Shown here piece by piece: positions 61,970 to 64,000 of a stretch of DNA of 64,000 nucleotides (its first letter is position 1; every line of letters begins with the position of its first letter). Source of the stretch: Candidatus Pacearchaeota archaeon UBA92 (GTDB lineage: Archaea > Nanobdellota > Nanobdellia > Pacearchaeales > GW2011-AR1); NCBI GenBank assembly GCA_002497285.1, contig DANJ01000014.1, positions 34,089 through 98,088 of the forward strand, in the 5' to 3' direction. The notes under the pieces were generated by a model. It had not been told where the DNA came from. It searched no databases and saw nothing but the letters and a program-made list of their open reading frames with translations. The translations under genes and the position numbers were made by a program.

Positions 61970-64000
61970 TTAGAACGTAAATATCCAATTATTTTCAGAA
62001 AATCCTTCAGGGTCTATGCAGTTTAGAGTCTGCCTTTTTTGACCATTGCACTTAGTAGGATCCGCTAAATTGTAATAATCATAACATCCTGAATCAGCTT
62101 GATCAGGTAAACCATCTCCGTCATTATCCATTCCATCAGAACATTGGTACAAGCTCGGATATGGGGGCAAGTCCTTGCTAAGATTAAGTTCTTTCTCAAC
62201 AGCTCCAATCTTGAAAGATAATAATTCTCCATGTCTGGAGACCGTATCAAAATTCTTAGACAAGCCCTGAAAGTAAGTGTAATTATAGATTTGCGGAAGC
62301 TGATACCCAGCGCCCCCGTTAAACTTCATGGATGTCTGCAGCAGGTTAGGTGATGCAGGAGAAGGATTCCAGTTTCCCCATACAATTGCATCAAAGCCTG
62401 AATGATAAGCAACTGCCTGTGCTGCTTTGATATTATAACTATGGAGGTCATAACTGTAATTGTATATTGGATTCGCAAACTCGGTAGAGATAAGCCCTTT
62501 TCCCGTTATTCCATTAAGTCTCCACGTGTCCCTGACGAAATTAGCCACATATCTTGCGCCCTCTGGGGATTGGAAATATATATGTGCATCAAAATAATCA
62601 TAAAATGCAGAACCATTGACCACGGCAGATTTCGCACTAGTTATAGGGTCCTGCTTAACACTCTGCCGGGTTGCGATTGTGATTCCATTCAGCCCGTTAT
62701 TAGTTTTATAATATATTCCATCGTATTTCCATCCCTGCTCATCATAGCCTGCTCCAAGAGCCATGTTTGGGGTATCGGAAATCGCAAAAGCTATCACTGG
62801 AATATTTGGGGATACCTCTTTTATAAAATTGTAGCTTAGGTTCATAAGGTCAAGAATAGCCTGTTGTTCTTCTTCCTGTGTATATCGGCCATATGACTCA
62901 TTGACCTTAAATTGATGTCCCCATTCATTACCGACCTGGATGGCGACAAGAACTCCCTGATGCTCTGGAGTAGGATTGGCATAATACCTATCAGTAACAT
63001 TTTTTAGATAATCAACCCAATCATCTTCCTGACCAAATTTAGGCCAGGAATCATCCTGGAGTAAGGTCTGAGAATTTGGATTAAATTCAATCTCAGAACG
63101 GATAGGGTGATTAGCTCTTAAAGTCAAAATTACTTTCATATTTGCAGCCTTGTATCCAACAATTTTCTGGTCAAGTTCAGTAAAATCAAGCGGTGCATCC
63201 AATTCTAGAGTATCATACATTTCATACCACTGTATTATGTCCCTTCCATAAGAAGCTCCTGTTGCTGCAGCTCTGCTCCAATCAGATCCTATAACTCTCA
63301 AGCCTGCTGAAGGGATTTTGTCTACTCCGCTGGCAACAAGCCCATTTCTCGTTCTTGTGCATGTTGATTCATCAAAGTCTGATAAAGGAATGATAGTTAT
63401 ACCAAAATCATCGCAAGATTGACCCAATTGCCCTTCTAATTGACAAGTAGAGCTACATCCATCACCATCCTCAATATTCCCGTCATCACATTCTTCTCCT
63501 ATTTCTTTATTTCCATTACCGCACTCGATATTAGATTCGGGCTCTTCCAAACAGTTTACAGGCGTATCCGTAAACTCACATGCTTCTCCGTTTTGAAATA
63601 TAATTGTTGTCCTGACATTTTTAGGAATCTGTTCGAACTTATCCAAACTAAAGACTATTGTTGAATGTCCAAATTCATTAGGAACTTCCCCTCTTAAGGA
63701 ATCTTTTAAGAATAGATTGGAAACACTTCCATCAAACTTAAAAGCCAAACTAGATATCTCTTGTTGTCCCACTCCTCTGCCAACTCCAACCTTTACCGAG
63801 CTTTCGTTATAAAAACATGAATCTGTTCTAATATCCAATTCAGCACATGAAATAAAACTTGTAAGTTGCCCATTATCTTCTCCGCTTCCAATTATTCCAA
63901 TTATAGAAGGTTGAATAAAAAGCCAGATTATTGAAATACTTACAATAGAAATTAATAGTAAAAGGAGAACAGTTACAACACCCGACAGCCCTCTTTTTTG
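61970..64000 (-). CDS. Type IV pilin-like protein fused to a Cys-rich repeat and a clan GH-A domain (start lies beyond the window)
   Basis: The frame is open to 64000 and reads QKRG/LSGVVTVLLLLLISIVSISIIWLFIQP. It contains CGNG..E.GEECDDGN..DGDGCS..C, QVGNEW, DYFDAH, STEF and CSDGMDNDGDG. Confidence 0.8.
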   Translation of the reverse strand, partial: QKRGLSGVVTVLLLLLISIVSISIIWLFIQPSIIGIIGSGEDNGQLTSFISCAELDIRTDSCFYNESSVKVGVGRGVGQQEISSLAFKFDGSVSNLFLKDSLRGEVPNEFGHSTIVFSLDKFEQIPKNVRTTIIFQNGEACEFTDTPVNCLEEPESNIECGNGNKEIGEECDDGNIEDGDGCSSTCQLEGQLGQSCDDFGITIIPLSDFDESTCTRTRNGLVASGVDKIPSAGLRVIGSDWSRAAATGASYGRDIIQWYEMYDTLELDAPLDFTELDQKIVGYKAANMKVILTLRANHPIRSEIEFNPNSQTLLQDDSWPKFGQEDDWVDYLKNVTDRYYANPTPEHQGVLVAIQVGNEWGHQFKVNESYGRYTQEEEQQAILDLMNLSYNFIKEVSPNIPVIAFAISDTPNMALGAGYDEQGWKYDGIYYKTNNGLNGITIATRQSVKQDPITSAKSAVVNGSAFYDYFDAHIYFQSPEGARYVANFVRDTWRLNGITGKGLISTEFANPIYNYSYDLHSYNIKAAQAVAYHSGFDAIVWGNWNPSPASPNLLQTSMKFNGGAGYQLPQIYNYTYFQGLSKNFDTVSRHGELLSFKIGAVEKELNLSKDLPPYPSLYQCSDGMDNDGDGLPDQADSGCYDYYNLADPTKCNGQKRQTLNCIDPEGFSENNWIFTF

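Noticed and set aside
1-64000. tRNA, rRNA or integrase att sites
   Set aside because: No GC-rich cloverleaf or rRNA-like segment was seen, and no direct repeat flanking the defence island was found by eye. A tRNAscan/Infernal run and a repeat search would be needed to exclude them.

Overview
AT-rich archaeal chromosomal DNA. aIF5B, S6e, aIF2-gamma, L24e, S28e, L7Ae, stand-alone Kae1, TATA boxes about 25-30 nt upstream of start codons and Pacearchaeota-style surface proteins point to a DPANN lineage (Pacearchaeota/Woesearchaeota-like; inference). Housekeeping blocks (cysS-dus-pyrD-pyrC; HIT-aIF5B-rps6e-aIF2g-UvrD; gyrB/gyrA; ribosomal proteins-kae1) alternate with three accessory modules. (1) A ~13 kb defence island (12002-25320): DUF2779 nuclease, SNF2 helicase, type III R-M mod/res, then a tightly coupled proteasome-beta-like Thr1 Ntn hydrolase and a helical-domain PD-(D/E)XK nuclease, bounded by a serine recombinase and a truncated IS200/IS605 tnpA. 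(2) Three type IV pilin-like proteins fused to glycoside-hydrolase-like domains of two kinds, plus a fourth paralog with a broken leader. (3) A 16 kb surface cluster (42705-58803) in which a small subunit and a 2906-aa LamG adhesin share a terminal domain, alongside Ig-fold membrane-anchored partners, suggestive of a donor-strand or WxL-like fibre system. No rRNA, tRNA or CRISPR array was seen. All family calls come from motifs read by eye, not from database searches.
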